Shown: one piece after another, positions 10,209 to 18,911 of the stretch
Position numbering within the stretch: position 1 is the stretch's first letter
How the letters are laid out: the number at the start of each line of letters is the position of its first letter
NCBI RefSeq assembly: GCF_049969415.1
Contig: NZ_JBMFOX010000008.1
Coordinates: 1-45,020, forward strand
Reading direction: 5' to 3'
From: Candidatus Hadarchaeum sp.
Lineage (GTDB): Archaea; Hadarchaeota; Hadarchaeia; Hadarchaeales; Hadarchaeaceae
Length of the DNA: 45,020 nucleotides
Notes under the pieces: generated by a model
Told to the model about the DNA's origin: nothing
Seen by the model: the letters and a program-made list of their open reading frames with translations, nothing else
Databases searched by the model: none
Translations under genes and position numbers: made by a program

Positions 10209-11388
10209 TGTTAAGTAAACTTTCTAAGTTAACATTTGAAAGCAAATCACGATCCCGCGACCGACCAACTATCCCATTTTGCCACGCAATGACAATTGAA
10301 GCTGTGTTCAGCGTCGATTTTCTTCACCGACAGAGATCCTTTTTCATCGACGATGAAGCCTCCGGCTGGCGATGCGGCCAAGAGTTTGGGCGGTATCTGC
10401 GGCCGTCAGATCAACGCGGGATACAGCTTCGCTGGCTGGGTGTCTATGCCGCGGTGGAACCTGTGGCAGTTGTACCATCTTCGGTACTCACTAATTCTGG
10501 CCAGCCACTCCGGGAACTTCCTCAGCAGGTTGACGAACTCCTCGGCGACGTTCCTGATGGTCCGCTCGACCTTCCCCTTGTCCTGCGGGTAGTACGGGTG
10601 CGCGAACAGCGGTTCTATCCCTTTTTCCCTACACCATCGCTTCCATCGTTCCTTGAACTGGGCACCGCGGTCGGTGAGGATCTTCCCCGGTTTCCTTCGA
10701 AGCTCTTCCAGGAGCCCCGTGAGTTCATCGGTCGTCGGCTCGTGGTCGAATTGCTCGCAGACCAGCAGATAGCGGCTGAAATCGTCCACGCAGACGGGGA
10801 ACCAGTACTTCCGTCCTTGGAGCCAAAAGGGCCCCTTCACGTCCAGCTGCCACAGCTCGTCCGGCTTTTTGGCCCTGAAGAACTTCCAGGCCTTCTCCTC
10901 CCGGCCGTACCCGTTGAGCCCAAAGCGATTCAGCACCCCGTTTATCGCCGTCCTAGACAGGCGGATCCCCTGAACGTGGGGCTTGAGCTTCCTCCTCATG
11001 AACCCGGGGAGGTTTATCAGTGCCTGCCGTATCCGAGCGGTTCCCCAGCCGAACGTGGTGCGGAGCGCCACGATCGATGCCTCGACCTTTTTGGTTATTT
11101 TGCCCTTCCTCGGCTTCCTAGGCAGATCCCTGAAGCTCTCCCTGCCGCGGTGTTTGGCGCGCTTGCACCACTTCCATGCTGTTTGCCTGCCCACCCCGAA
11201 AGCCTCGGCCGCATCTTTTTTAGCCATGCCCTGCCTAATTACTTTCACCATCTGGCGGCGCTGGTCAGTATTGAGTCGGGGCATCGTGAGGTGTCTCGGT
11301 CCAGCCTCCGCCGGGTGGTCTTAGCTTTTGATGATAGGAATATTGGATTAAAATAGTAAAAGTGTTAACTTGGAAACTTTACTTAACA
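10209..11388 (-). mobile_element. IS481-family insertion sequence, 1180 bp
   Basis: 26-bp TIRs beginning TGT: 10209-10234 TGTTAAGTAAACTTTCTAAGTTAACA versus the reverse complement of 11363-11388 TGTTAAGTAAAGTTTCCAAGTTAACA (24/26), enclosing one DDE transposase. Confidence 0.88.
10406..11284 (-). CDS. IS481-family transposase (HTH + rve integrase core)
   Basis: N-terminal HTH (AAEAFGVGRQTAWKW), WGTARI, WQLDVKG, VDDFSR, ILTDRGAQF, PQDKGKVER (DDE). Confidence 0.92.
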   Translation of the reverse strand: MPRLNTDQRRQMVKVIRQGMAKKDAAEAFGVGRQTAWKWCKRAKHRGRESFRDLPRKPRKGKITKKVEASIVALRTTFGWGTARIRQALINLPGFMRRKLKPHVQGIRLSRTAINGVLNRFGLNGYGREEKAWKFFRAKKPDELWQLDVKGPFWLQGRKYWFPVCVDDFSRYLLVCEQFDHEPTTDELTGLLEELRRKPGKILTDRGAQFKERWKRWCREKGIEPLFAHPYYPQDKGKVERTIRNVAEEFVNLLRKFPEWLARISEYRRWYNCHRFHRGIDTQPAKLYPALI

Positions 11389-11562
11389 AGTAAGCCCATG
11401 ATCATTTTGCGTTTTAGCAGAGCCTGAGATAAAAGCAAAACTTGGTTTTAACTTTTTCTCGTCTGTCATAAGCCAAGTTCAGGGGACAATTGGCAATTAA
11501 ACCAGGCGCGAAAATTATTTTGATCTCGATTTATAAACAATACAAAAAATTCAGGCATTAAC

Positions 11563-11597
11563 TTTAAATAGTAGTTCAAATAATTTTGAAATACTAT
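11563..11597 (+). promoter_or_regulatory. TATA box plus ArsR/CadC-type operator upstream of permease
   Basis: TTTAAATA (11563-11570) overlapping a 13-4-13 inverted repeat ATAGTAGTTCAAA-taat-TTTGAAATACTAT (11568-11597, 1 mismatch) that covers the start codon. Confidence 0.7.
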
Positions 11598-12693
11598 GTA
11601 CGACATTATCAAACCCGGCTTCGATGCCTTGGCCGAATATCTCTCAGCGCATGTGCTCACTTGTCTGGTGCCCGCTTTCTTCATCTCGGGGGCGATAGCA
11701 GCTCTCGTCAGCAAGGATACCGTCATAAAATACTTTGGAGCAAGGACGAAGAAGTGGTTGTCATACGGCGTCGCATCGATATCAGGGGCAATCCTGGCGG
11801 TTTGCAGCTGCACGATCTTGCCCATGTTTCAAGGCATATACAAGAGGGGGGCTGGAATAGGGCCCGCATTCGCCTTCCTGTTCTCCGGTCCCGCGATCAA
11901 CGTCCTGGCAATAGTATTCACAGCCAGCGTGCTTGGGTTCGACATAGGGATCGCCAGGGCTGTAAGCTCAGTCTCCATGGCGGTGATAGTCGGACTGATC
12001 ATGGCCACCATTTTCGAACGAGGTGCAAAGGGGGAGACGGCATCGGTTGCTCCAGCAGTTGCTCAAGTAGAAACTGCCGCCAGAACACGCCCCAAGTACA
12101 TCTCCCCCATATTTTTTGTCCTGTTGATCGCGATACTGTTAATCGGCGCTTCCGGGCTAATCTCCTTGCTGTTCAGGTTGGCGGTCGTGTACCTCCTTAC
12201 CATCGCGGTCGCCGTGATATTGATATTCTACTACACAAGGGACGAGGTCAAAAGCTGGGGGCACGAGACATGGTGGGTCACGAAAAAGATATTCCCGATC
12301 CTTCTGGTTGGAGTGTTTATAGTCGGGGTGATCGGCGGGGTCGCCGCGAATTTCTCGCCATCCCATGACCCATCGACTGCCGTGGGTGAACTGACAAAAC
12401 CCTACCTTGGAAACAACACGCTTTTTGCGTGCCTGCTGGCTTCAGTCATCGGGGCGCTTCTTTACATGCCGACGCTGCTCGAGGTCCCGATAATCGGGAC
12501 GTTTTTCGGGTACAGCTCAGGGCTCATGGCCCCCGGGCCTGCCCTCGCCCTCTTGCTGGCCGGACCAGCCTTGAGCCTGCCCAGCATGGTCGTGCTCGTG
12601 AGGATGGTCGGCTGGAAGAAGGCCGGCGTTTACATAGCGTTGGTGGTCATCATCGCCACGATGATCGGCATGATCTACGGGGCATTAGCATGA
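11596..12693 (+). CDS. ArsP/DUF318-family permease
   Basis: CLVPAFFISGAI, LAVCSCTILPMF, FLFSGPAIN, YMPTLLEVPI, LLLAGPALSLPS; two hydrophobic halves. Confidence 0.85.
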   Translation: MYDIIKPGFDALAEYLSAHVLTCLVPAFFISGAIAALVSKDTVIKYFGARTKKWLSYGVASISGAILAVCSCTILPMFQGIYKRGAGIGPAFAFLFSGPAINVLAIVFTASVLGFDIGIARAVSSVSMAVIVGLIMATIFERGAKGETASVAPAVAQVETAARTRPKYISPIFFVLLIAILLIGASGLISLLFRLAVVYLLTIAVAVILIFYYTRDEVKSWGHETWWVTKKIFPILLVGVFIVGVIGGVAANFSPSHDPSTAVGELTKPYLGNNTLFACLLASVIGALLYMPTLLEVPIIGTFFGYSSGLMAPGPALALLLAGPALSLPSMVVLVRMVGWKKAGVYIALVVIIATMIGMIYGALA

Positions 12694-12746
12694 TGGTCTT
12701 TACCTCCGACCACAGGAAGAGCTCATGAGGACCGGAGGCGACGAAG

Positions 12747-13487
12747 TTGACCGAGCTTGAGCAATACCGGGGCATCGGGCGCAGGATTCGAGAAATTCTA
12801 GCGCTCAAGTCCCCGTTAGTGGCTGTGAGCTTACTGAGCAAGCCAGAGGATATCCCCACAGGCGTCGAAGAACTCGACAGCCCAATGTTCTACTGCTGCA
12901 TGGTAAAGTACGCCATGGCCGGCAATACGTTCTACGCAACAGATAAGCTCCATGAGTGCAAGAGAGGCGCTTCGGCCTTGGGCCTTACGGAACCTCCCAA
13001 AGAGGAAATTACTGGAGAATTCTACTTCAACAAGGCCTCATGCAGTTCGAGGATGGCCGCAAGGAGATATTTCGAGTCGGCTCCGTGCCTCAGAGCTGGG
13101 AGCGTGTACGCCACTCTACTCTCCCCACTTGAAACTGCCCCCTTAAAACCCGACGTGGTAATCGCGGAAACCATACCCAGAAGGGCATTGGAGGTGATAC
13201 AGGCCTCCATATTTGAAAGGGGCGGGAAAGTTGAGAGCTGGTTCTCGGCACCGCGCCAGATATGCTCCTACTCAACCGTCAGGCCTTATCTTGGGAGCCT
13301 CAACATAACTTTCGCCTGCGAATTCTCAAGAAACAAGGCGAGGGAGATGGGGTTGGACTATTTGGATGAAGGTGTAATAATAGGCATTCCTGCCGAGCTT
13401 CTGCCAAGAATAGCGGAGAACCTTCCGCTCATCGGGTACATAAAGAAAAGACTTGGCGAGGCGGCACGGCATGACCTCGAAGTTTAG
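12747..13487 (+). CDS. DUF169 family Cys-rich protein
   Basis: LALKSPLVAV, FYCCMV, ECKRGASALGL, PLETAPLKPDVVI, ICS..VRPY, TFACEFSR. Confidence 0.75.
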   Translation: MTELEQYRGIGRRIREILALKSPLVAVSLLSKPEDIPTGVEELDSPMFYCCMVKYAMAGNTFYATDKLHECKRGASALGLTEPPKEEITGEFYFNKASCSSRMAARRYFESAPCLRAGSVYATLLSPLETAPLKPDVVIAETIPRRALEVIQASIFERGGKVESWFSAPRQICSYSTVRPYLGSLNITFACEFSRNKAREMGLDYLDEGVIIGIPAELLPRIAENLPLIGYIKKRLGEAARHDLEV

Positions 13488-14205
13488 AAAATTGGGAACA
13501 GAGATAAAAGAGCTACTCGGCCTGAGATGGTCGCCCGTGGGAGTTCGATTAATGTCGACTGAGGGCGAAGTCTCGAATGCCGAAGCATTGGTCAAGCACC
13601 GATATTGTCAGGCGGTGATGAAGGCGAGAGAGGGACACAACATCCTGCTCAAAAAGGATGAACTCTCGTGCCCGGCAGCATCGTCGTCGTTCGGTTTTCG
13701 GGAATTAACGGATAACCTCAAGTCGGGCAAAGCCCTCGTTGGCTTTGGCATCGTTTCCGGTGAGCGCGTGGGGCAGAAGATGTTTGCCGACATGCCGAGG
13801 CTGCAACCCGGGTTTATCAAACAGATACATCTTTTCCCCTTGGACGGTTTCAACTACGAGCCGGATGTGGTGGTCGTGGAAGACGAGGTGGAAAAGCTTA
13901 TGTGGATTGTTCTGGCATACCTGAACTTGAAAGGGGGCGAACGTGTGCAGGCCTCAACGGCCGTGCTTCAAGCCGCGTGCGTCGATGCCACGGTCATTCC
14001 CTATCTTGAGGACCGGCTGAATTACTCCTTCGGTTGCTACGGATGCAGGGACGCAACGAACATCGGGACAAACGAGGCGATCCTTGGTTTCCCGGGTTGC
14101 CTTTTGCCATCAATCGTTGAAAATTTAAGAAATCTATCGAAGAAAGCAATCCCCATGTCCCGCTCAAAGCAGGCTTGGTCTGCCCTTCAAAGGAGCCGCA
14201 GCTAG
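13471..14205 (+). CDS. DUF169 family Cys-rich protein
   Basis: LGLRWSPVGV, RYCQAV, LSCPAA, EPDVVVV, AACVDATVIPY, SFGCYGCRDAT. Confidence 0.8.
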   Translation: MTSKFRKLGTEIKELLGLRWSPVGVRLMSTEGEVSNAEALVKHRYCQAVMKAREGHNILLKKDELSCPAASSSFGFRELTDNLKSGKALVGFGIVSGERVGQKMFADMPRLQPGFIKQIHLFPLDGFNYEPDVVVVEDEVEKLMWIVLAYLNLKGGERVQASTAVLQAACVDATVIPYLEDRLNYSFGCYGCRDATNIGTNEAILGFPGCLLPSIVENLRNLSKKAIPMSRSKQAWSALQRSRS

Positions 14206-14340
14206 GCGGTGATGGTGAAGGCCGCGTTGGTATATCTGCCGGCTCCGGGAGCGGGAGTGAGGGAGTCTCCCAAGATCTCTACACAGCTGCTGGGCCTTGC
14301 GTGCTTTATCTTGATGCTGGAGGAGCGGATGACGCTGGAA

Positions 14341-14604
14341 AATGTAGATTTACACATTCCATTAACAAATTCCATGATTATGGTTTTTTCAACAGTGACT
14401 GTGACGACATATCCTTTGCCCAAAAAACATTCAATTCTAAGTTTCGCTATAACTTACTCTTCTGGCATGAAAAATTCACCCATCGCGATGGGAATCACAA
14501 TCACATCTTTTGGTAAAGTGACTGCTCTTCCAATAGCAGTTAGTTATATATTTCAGATAGCCACCGCTATAGCATTTTATATGCTGTTTAGAAAAAAAAG
14601 GTGA
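14341..14604 (+). pseudogene. C-terminal remnant of a bile acid:Na+ symporter/Acr3-superfamily transporter
   Basis: AITYSSGMKNSPIAMGI..FG..ALPIAVSYIFQI resembles the final SBF helices (GxxN motif). The N-terminal part is missing and the sequence turns AT-rich near 14340. Confidence 0.5.
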
Positions 14605-14610
14605 GAAAAC

Positions 14611-15998
14611 ATGAAGGTGTTGTTGGTTTCGCCGCCAACGGAAAGCGCTCTAAGAAGAATCATGGGCACAACCGGACCCCCTCTTGGCCTAGCATATGTT
14701 GCTTCAATGGTGAAGGATGAACATGATGTGAAAATTATCGACTCAATTGCGGAAGGATATGGGAAGGAAGATGTGGCCACTATAATAAGAAATTTTGACC
14801 CCGACGTAGTTGGCTTAACGGCAACAACTTCGATGATGCCAGATGCCTACGAAATAGCAAAGATCGCCAAGGAGGTAAATGAAAACGTGAAGATTATTTT
14901 AGGCGGCCCCCACGCAACTTTTATGCCAGAGAGGACCATGCAAGAATGCCCTTACATAGATTTTATTGTAAGGGGAGAAGGGGAACACGCATTTAAAGAG
15001 TTGGTTGATGCCCTTGAAAGGGATGGGGATCTCAAGGGCATAAACGGCTTAACTTTCAAAAGAAATGGAAAAATAATAAATAATCCTCCAAGAAAGCTGA
15101 TAAAAAATATTGATGAAATTCCAATTCCATCTTATGACCTACTCCCCATGAAAAAATATAAGCTAAACAAAATTGAATTTGGGACAATAATTACAAGTAG
15201 GGGTTGCCCGTTCAACTGCACGTTCTGCTCTTCGTCCTTGCAATTCGGGAAGAAATGGCGGGCGCACAGTGTGGAGAGGACAATAGATGAACTATCCTTG
15301 CTTAGGGATGAATACGGTAAAAAGGAAATAGAATTTTTGGATGATACATTTACTTTATTAAAACCAAGAGCTATTGCGATAGCCAATAAAATAAGGGAAG
15401 AGAGGTTGGATATTTCGTGGGCTGCGTCTTCAAGGGTGGATACATTTTCTACGGAAATTGCAAACGCGATAAAAAATGGAGGAGCCCACACAGTATATTT
15501 CGGTATAGAATCAGGTTCTCAAAAAACACTTGATTTCATCGGGAAGGGATTACGCTGGAGGAATCAGAGCTGGCCGTGAAAAATGCCAAGAAAGCGGGAT
15601 TGCATGCCTTAGGTTCTTTCGTGATAGGCTTTCCAGAGGAAAGTAATGAAGATGTTAACAAAACAATAAAATTTTCGAGAAAAGTTGGAGTTGACTTTGC
15701 CCAATTTGCCATTGCTACTCCTTACCCGGGAACAAAATTGTGGCTGTACGCATTGAAAGAAAAATTGCTTCTCACGATGAACTGGAGAAAATTCACAACA
15801 TTGGAACCTGTGATGAAATTAAAGTATTTCACGACATCTCAGATAGCAAAAGTTTTGAAATTGGCCTACGTGAAATTTTATCTTCGTCCAAAAACGCTGG
15901 CAAGGGATCTAATAGAGGATAAAGGGCTCATATTTAGAAAGGCGGTGCGCTACCTGGCCACCGAGTTATTTCAAGGGAAATGGCATGGCGTAAAATGA
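14611..15998 (+). pseudogene. B12-binding (class B) radical SAM protein split by a 1-nt frameshift near 15547
   Basis: PPLGLAY, GGPHAT, VRGEGE, TSRGCPFNCTFC, DDTF, GIESGSQ. Continues in the -1 frame as ITLEESELAVKNAKKAG..GSFVIGFPEE..TPYPGT. Confidence 0.85.
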
Positions 15999-16188
15999 TA
16001 ACTACAACGACGATGGATATTAAGGGCCGTGATCGGCGATCCGGTTACAAGATACCAAACACCAAGCTATTGCCGATTTTTAAAGATTAATCAACACACC
16101 ATCCCCCGCCAACGTCGCGCGCGAAATAAAAAGCTTCGGAAGGTTAAGCGTGCTTGGAATACAGGAGGCCCACTGATCCTCCGAAAGG

Positions 16189-16219
16189 TTTAAGTAGGAA
16201 TTTCAAATAAAGTTGAAAT
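16189..16219 (+). promoter_or_regulatory. TATA box plus ArsR/CadC-type operator upstream of thioredoxin-like genes
   Basis: TTTAAGTA (16189-16196), then ATTTCAA-ataaag-TTGAAAT (16200-16219); same core as the site at 11575-11592. Confidence 0.7.
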
Positions 16220-16228
16220 GGTGATTAA

Positions 16229-16489
16229 TTGAAGATAAGGATTTTCGGCACGGTACCGCCATGCATGAAGTGCAAGGCGGCTGAGAAGACGGTAAGGGAG
16301 GCCGTGAAGGAACTCGGTTACAAGGACATCGAAGTTACAAAAGAGGATGCGCTCTCCGAAGAGGCCGGAAAACTCGGCATAATGATGACGCCGACGGTAA
16401 TGATAGATAAAAAAGTCATAACAGTCGGAAGAGTCCCGACCAAAGAGGAAGTTAAAAGAGCAATAGAAGAGATCAGGGAGGGTGGTTGA
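16229..16489 (+). CDS. Small thioredoxin-like redox-active disulfide protein (MTH895-like)
   Basis: PPCMKC; GIMMTPTVMID cis-Pro loop; TTG start after GGTGA. Confidence 0.85.
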   Translation: MKIRIFGTVPPCMKCKAAEKTVREAVKELGYKDIEVTKEDALSEEAGKLGIMMTPTVMIDKKVITVGRVPTKEEVKRAIEEIREGG

Positions 16490-16490
16490 A

Positions 16491-16745
16491 ATGGCAAAGT
16501 TGGAAGTTTTCACGGCTGAGCCTCCATGTCCGGGCTGCTTAAAGCTCCTCGAACTTGCCGACAGGATAAAGGAAGAATACGGCGACAGGGTGGAAGTCGT
16601 GAAACACATAGGGCCCTGCGACGAGTTCACGAAGTACGGCATAACGGTGGTCCCCGCGGCCGTTGTCGACGGAAAGATAAAACTGATGGGGGTCTGTCCG
16701 AGCGAGAAGACCCTGAAAACTGCCCTATGGGAGGCCGGGGCATGA
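16491..16745 (+). CDS. Small thioredoxin-like protein
   Basis: PPCPGC; YGITVVPAAVVDG. Confidence 0.85.
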   Translation: MAKLEVFTAEPPCPGCLKLLELADRIKEEYGDRVEVVKHIGPCDEFTKYGITVVPAAVVDGKIKLMGVCPSEKTLKTALWEAGA

Positions 16746-16999
16746 AGATACTTGTGGAAGTCTTCGCTTCTCTTCCTCCATGTTCGGGAGGGAGAATGGT
16801 AAAGAAGATGATGCGCGATATAGCTGAGAAATACGGGGATAGAGTTGAGATAAAAATCTACGAGGGTACAAACGAAAAAGTCAAGGAGTATGGGATAGAG
16901 ACAACTCCTGCCATTGTTATCGATAGGGACATCAGGATAATAGGTGTGGCACCGAGCATGGAGACGCTGGAAAATGCCCTGAAAGAAGCAGGGCTGTGA
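16742..16999 (+). CDS. Small thioredoxin-like protein, monothiol (CSGG)
   Basis: ATG at 16742 overlaps the upstream TGA (ATGA). MKILVEVFASLPPCSGG..YGDRVEI..YGIETTPAIVID, paralogous to the previous gene. Confidence 0.8.
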   Translation: MKILVEVFASLPPCSGGRMVKKMMRDIAEKYGDRVEIKIYEGTNEKVKEYGIETTPAIVIDRDIRIIGVAPSMETLENALKEAGL

Positions 17000-17041
17000 A
17001 CTATTTATTATGCCAGGACGGAAGTTTACTCTGCTGAAACC

Positions 17042-17395
17042 ATGGGGAAAAAGCAGTTTCTCAGGCTTAGGTCCAAGGTTCCTCCGGACTACATCATCTC
17101 CGATGATGTTTTGAGGCGAGTGGAGGAAGAGATGCAAACGAACACAAAGGACACGCTCAGATTTTTGCAGGCCATGTCTCACCCGACAAGGCTGCGTATA
17201 CTCAGGGCTTTGAGGGTCAAGGAGCTGTGCGTGTGCGTGTTTGTCGCCCTGATGAAGATCAAGTATTCGAAGCTCTCTTACCATTTGAGGTTATTGAAGG
17301 AGGCCGGGCTGGTGGATTTCAAGAAGGACAAAAATTTTTTGATATACAGGCTCACGGACCTCGGCAGAAAAGTCCTGGATGACGTCGAGGGCTGA
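17042..17395 (+). CDS. arsR: ArsR-family repressor with alpha3 As/metal site
   Basis: SHPTRLRIL, ELCVCV, LSYHLRLLKEAGLV, YRLT. Confidence 0.88.
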   Translation: MGKKQFLRLRSKVPPDYIISDDVLRRVEEEMQTNTKDTLRFLQAMSHPTRLRILRALRVKELCVCVFVALMKIKYSKLSYHLRLLKEAGLVDFKKDKNFLIYRLTDLGRKVLDDVEG

Positions 17396-17465
17396 ATTTG
17401 TGGGCTATTAGCGGGGAACCCCATATCCCCGGTTCACGGGCTTAGGGTTCACGTCTCCCCAATCC

Positions 17466-17503
17466 TTATATACTGCTTAGGATATTATGAATATAAGTTC
17501 ATA
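17466..17503 (+). promoter_or_regulatory. TATA box plus SmtB/ArsR-type operator upstream of acr3
   Basis: TTATATA (17466-17472); TATGAA-tataag-TTCATA (17486-17503) at the expected start site; SD GAGGT follows. Confidence 0.65.
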
Positions 17504-17515
17504 TGAGGTAAAACC

Positions 17516-18553
17516 ATGACGGAAGAGAGAAAGCTTGGCCTCTGGGAAAAGTATCTTACCCTCTGGGTAGCCCTCTGCATCCTCCTTGGGATCCTACTAG
17601 GCAGAACCGTGCCACAGATCTCGGAAATACTAGCTGAATTTCAGTTCGCCCAAGTCTCCATCCCAATAGCAATCTGCCTCTTTTTCATGATTTATCCCAT
17701 CATGGTTCAAATCGATTTTCGGGAGGTCAAAAGGGCCATCCAGTCTCCAAAGCCCGTAGGCCTAACTCTCTTCATGAACTGGGCGGTGAAACCGTTCACG
17801 ATGGCCTTCTTTGCCTGGTTTTTCCTGAGCGTCGTCTTCGGCCAATTCCTGACGCCCGAGCAAATCCAGCAATATCGGGCTGGGATGATCCTGCTCGGGG
17901 TGGCTCCCTGCACGGCGATGGTGCTGATGTGGAGCTATTTGGCTAAGGGAAATGTCGCCCACACTCTGGTAATGACCGCAATTAACTCTCTGACCATGGT
18001 CATCCTTTACGCGCCAATGGCAACCTTCCTGCTCGGCATCTCCGGGATTGAGGTTCCCTGGGTCACCATCGCCCTGACGGTGACCGTATATATTGTCACC
18101 CCTCTGATCGCGGGCTATTACACCCGAAAATGGGCGATTGAAAGAAAGGGCCTGGAATGGTTCCAAAGAAAGCTTGTCACACCGCTGGTCAAAATCGCCA
18201 TAGCGGCCTTGCTGATAACCCTCGTCGTCCTGTTCTCTTATCAGGGGCACCTTCTCCTTGCCATACCAGCAATAATCGGCATGATAACTGTGGGCATCTT
18301 CGCCAACATCCTCGTCATCTTTGCAATACCCTACGTCATTGCCAAAAAGATCCACCTCTCTTACGAGGACGCCGCGCCGGTGGCGATCATCGCGGGTAGC
18401 AACCACTTTGAGGTCGCGGTCGCCGTCGCCATCACGCTGTTCGGGGTGCAATCGGGTGCCGCCCTAGCCACCGTGGTCGGCGTCCTGACCGAGGTCCCGT
18501 TGATGCTCTTCCTAGTCTGGCTCTGTAAAAAAACGAGGGGATATTTCGATTAA
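17516..18553 (+). CDS. acr3: Arsenite efflux transporter Acr3
   Basis: EKYLTLWV, MIYPIM, NWAVKPFTM, APCTAMV, SNHFEVAVAVA, GVLTEVP. Confidence 0.93.
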   Translation: MTEERKLGLWEKYLTLWVALCILLGILLGRTVPQISEILAEFQFAQVSIPIAICLFFMIYPIMVQIDFREVKRAIQSPKPVGLTLFMNWAVKPFTMAFFAWFFLSVVFGQFLTPEQIQQYRAGMILLGVAPCTAMVLMWSYLAKGNVAHTLVMTAINSLTMVILYAPMATFLLGISGIEVPWVTIALTVTVYIVTPLIAGYYTRKWAIERKGLEWFQRKLVTPLVKIAIAALLITLVVLFSYQGHLLLAIPAIIGMITVGIFANILVIFAIPYVIAKKIHLSYEDAAPVAIIAGSNHFEVAVAVAITLFGVQSGAALATVVGVLTEVPLMLFLVWLCKKTRGYFD

Positions 18554-18607
18554 AGCGCGACTTTATTTTTATAGGTGGAAAATATCGGATGCTGAAGGGT
18601 GCTCGCA

Positions 18608-18889
18608 ATGAGCGTAGAGGAACAGCTCAGGGTGCTGAAATGCGTGAGCGACCGGACAAGGCTGCAAATCTTGCGCCTGCTGAAAGAAGGGGAAAAATGC
18701 GTGCGCGACATGGTGGAGATAATCAACCAAGAGCAATCCCTAGTCTCGCACCATCTGCGTGAAATGAGAAAGTGCGGGCTGGTGAAAACGCGGCGCGAAG
18801 GAAAAAGGATAATCTACCGTCTCGCCGATGACTCGATCGTCAGGCTTCTGGATGATGTGGACCTGATTTCCAAAAAATTCTGCAGGTAA
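18608..18889 (+). CDS. ArsR-family transcriptional regulator
   Basis: DRTRLQIL, EKCVRD, QSLVSHHL, GLVKTRREGKRIIYRL. Confidence 0.88.
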   Translation: MSVEEQLRVLKCVSDRTRLQILRLLKEGEKCVRDMVEIINQEQSLVSHHLREMRKCGLVKTRREGKRIIYRLADDSIVRLLDDVDLISKKFCR

Positions 18890-18911
18890 CCTGAGTAATC
18901 TCCGTTCCCCA

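Noticed and set aside
10187-11356. 389-aa plus-strand ORF
   Set aside because: Antisense shadow of the IS481 transposase; no recognisable motifs.
14209-14340. N-terminal part of ORF 14209-14604 as a real gene start
   Set aside because: Composition differs from the transporter-like tail and it resembles no family; likely a fortuitous open frame across a junction.
15541-15579. Programmed frameshift or selenocysteine read-through in the radical SAM gene
   Set aside because: No canonical slippery heptamer. The TGA lies in the wrong frame after the indel, so Sec is not needed to explain it.
16190-17284. 364-aa minus-strand ORF
   Set aside because: Antisense to four well-supported genes (three Trx-like, arsR).
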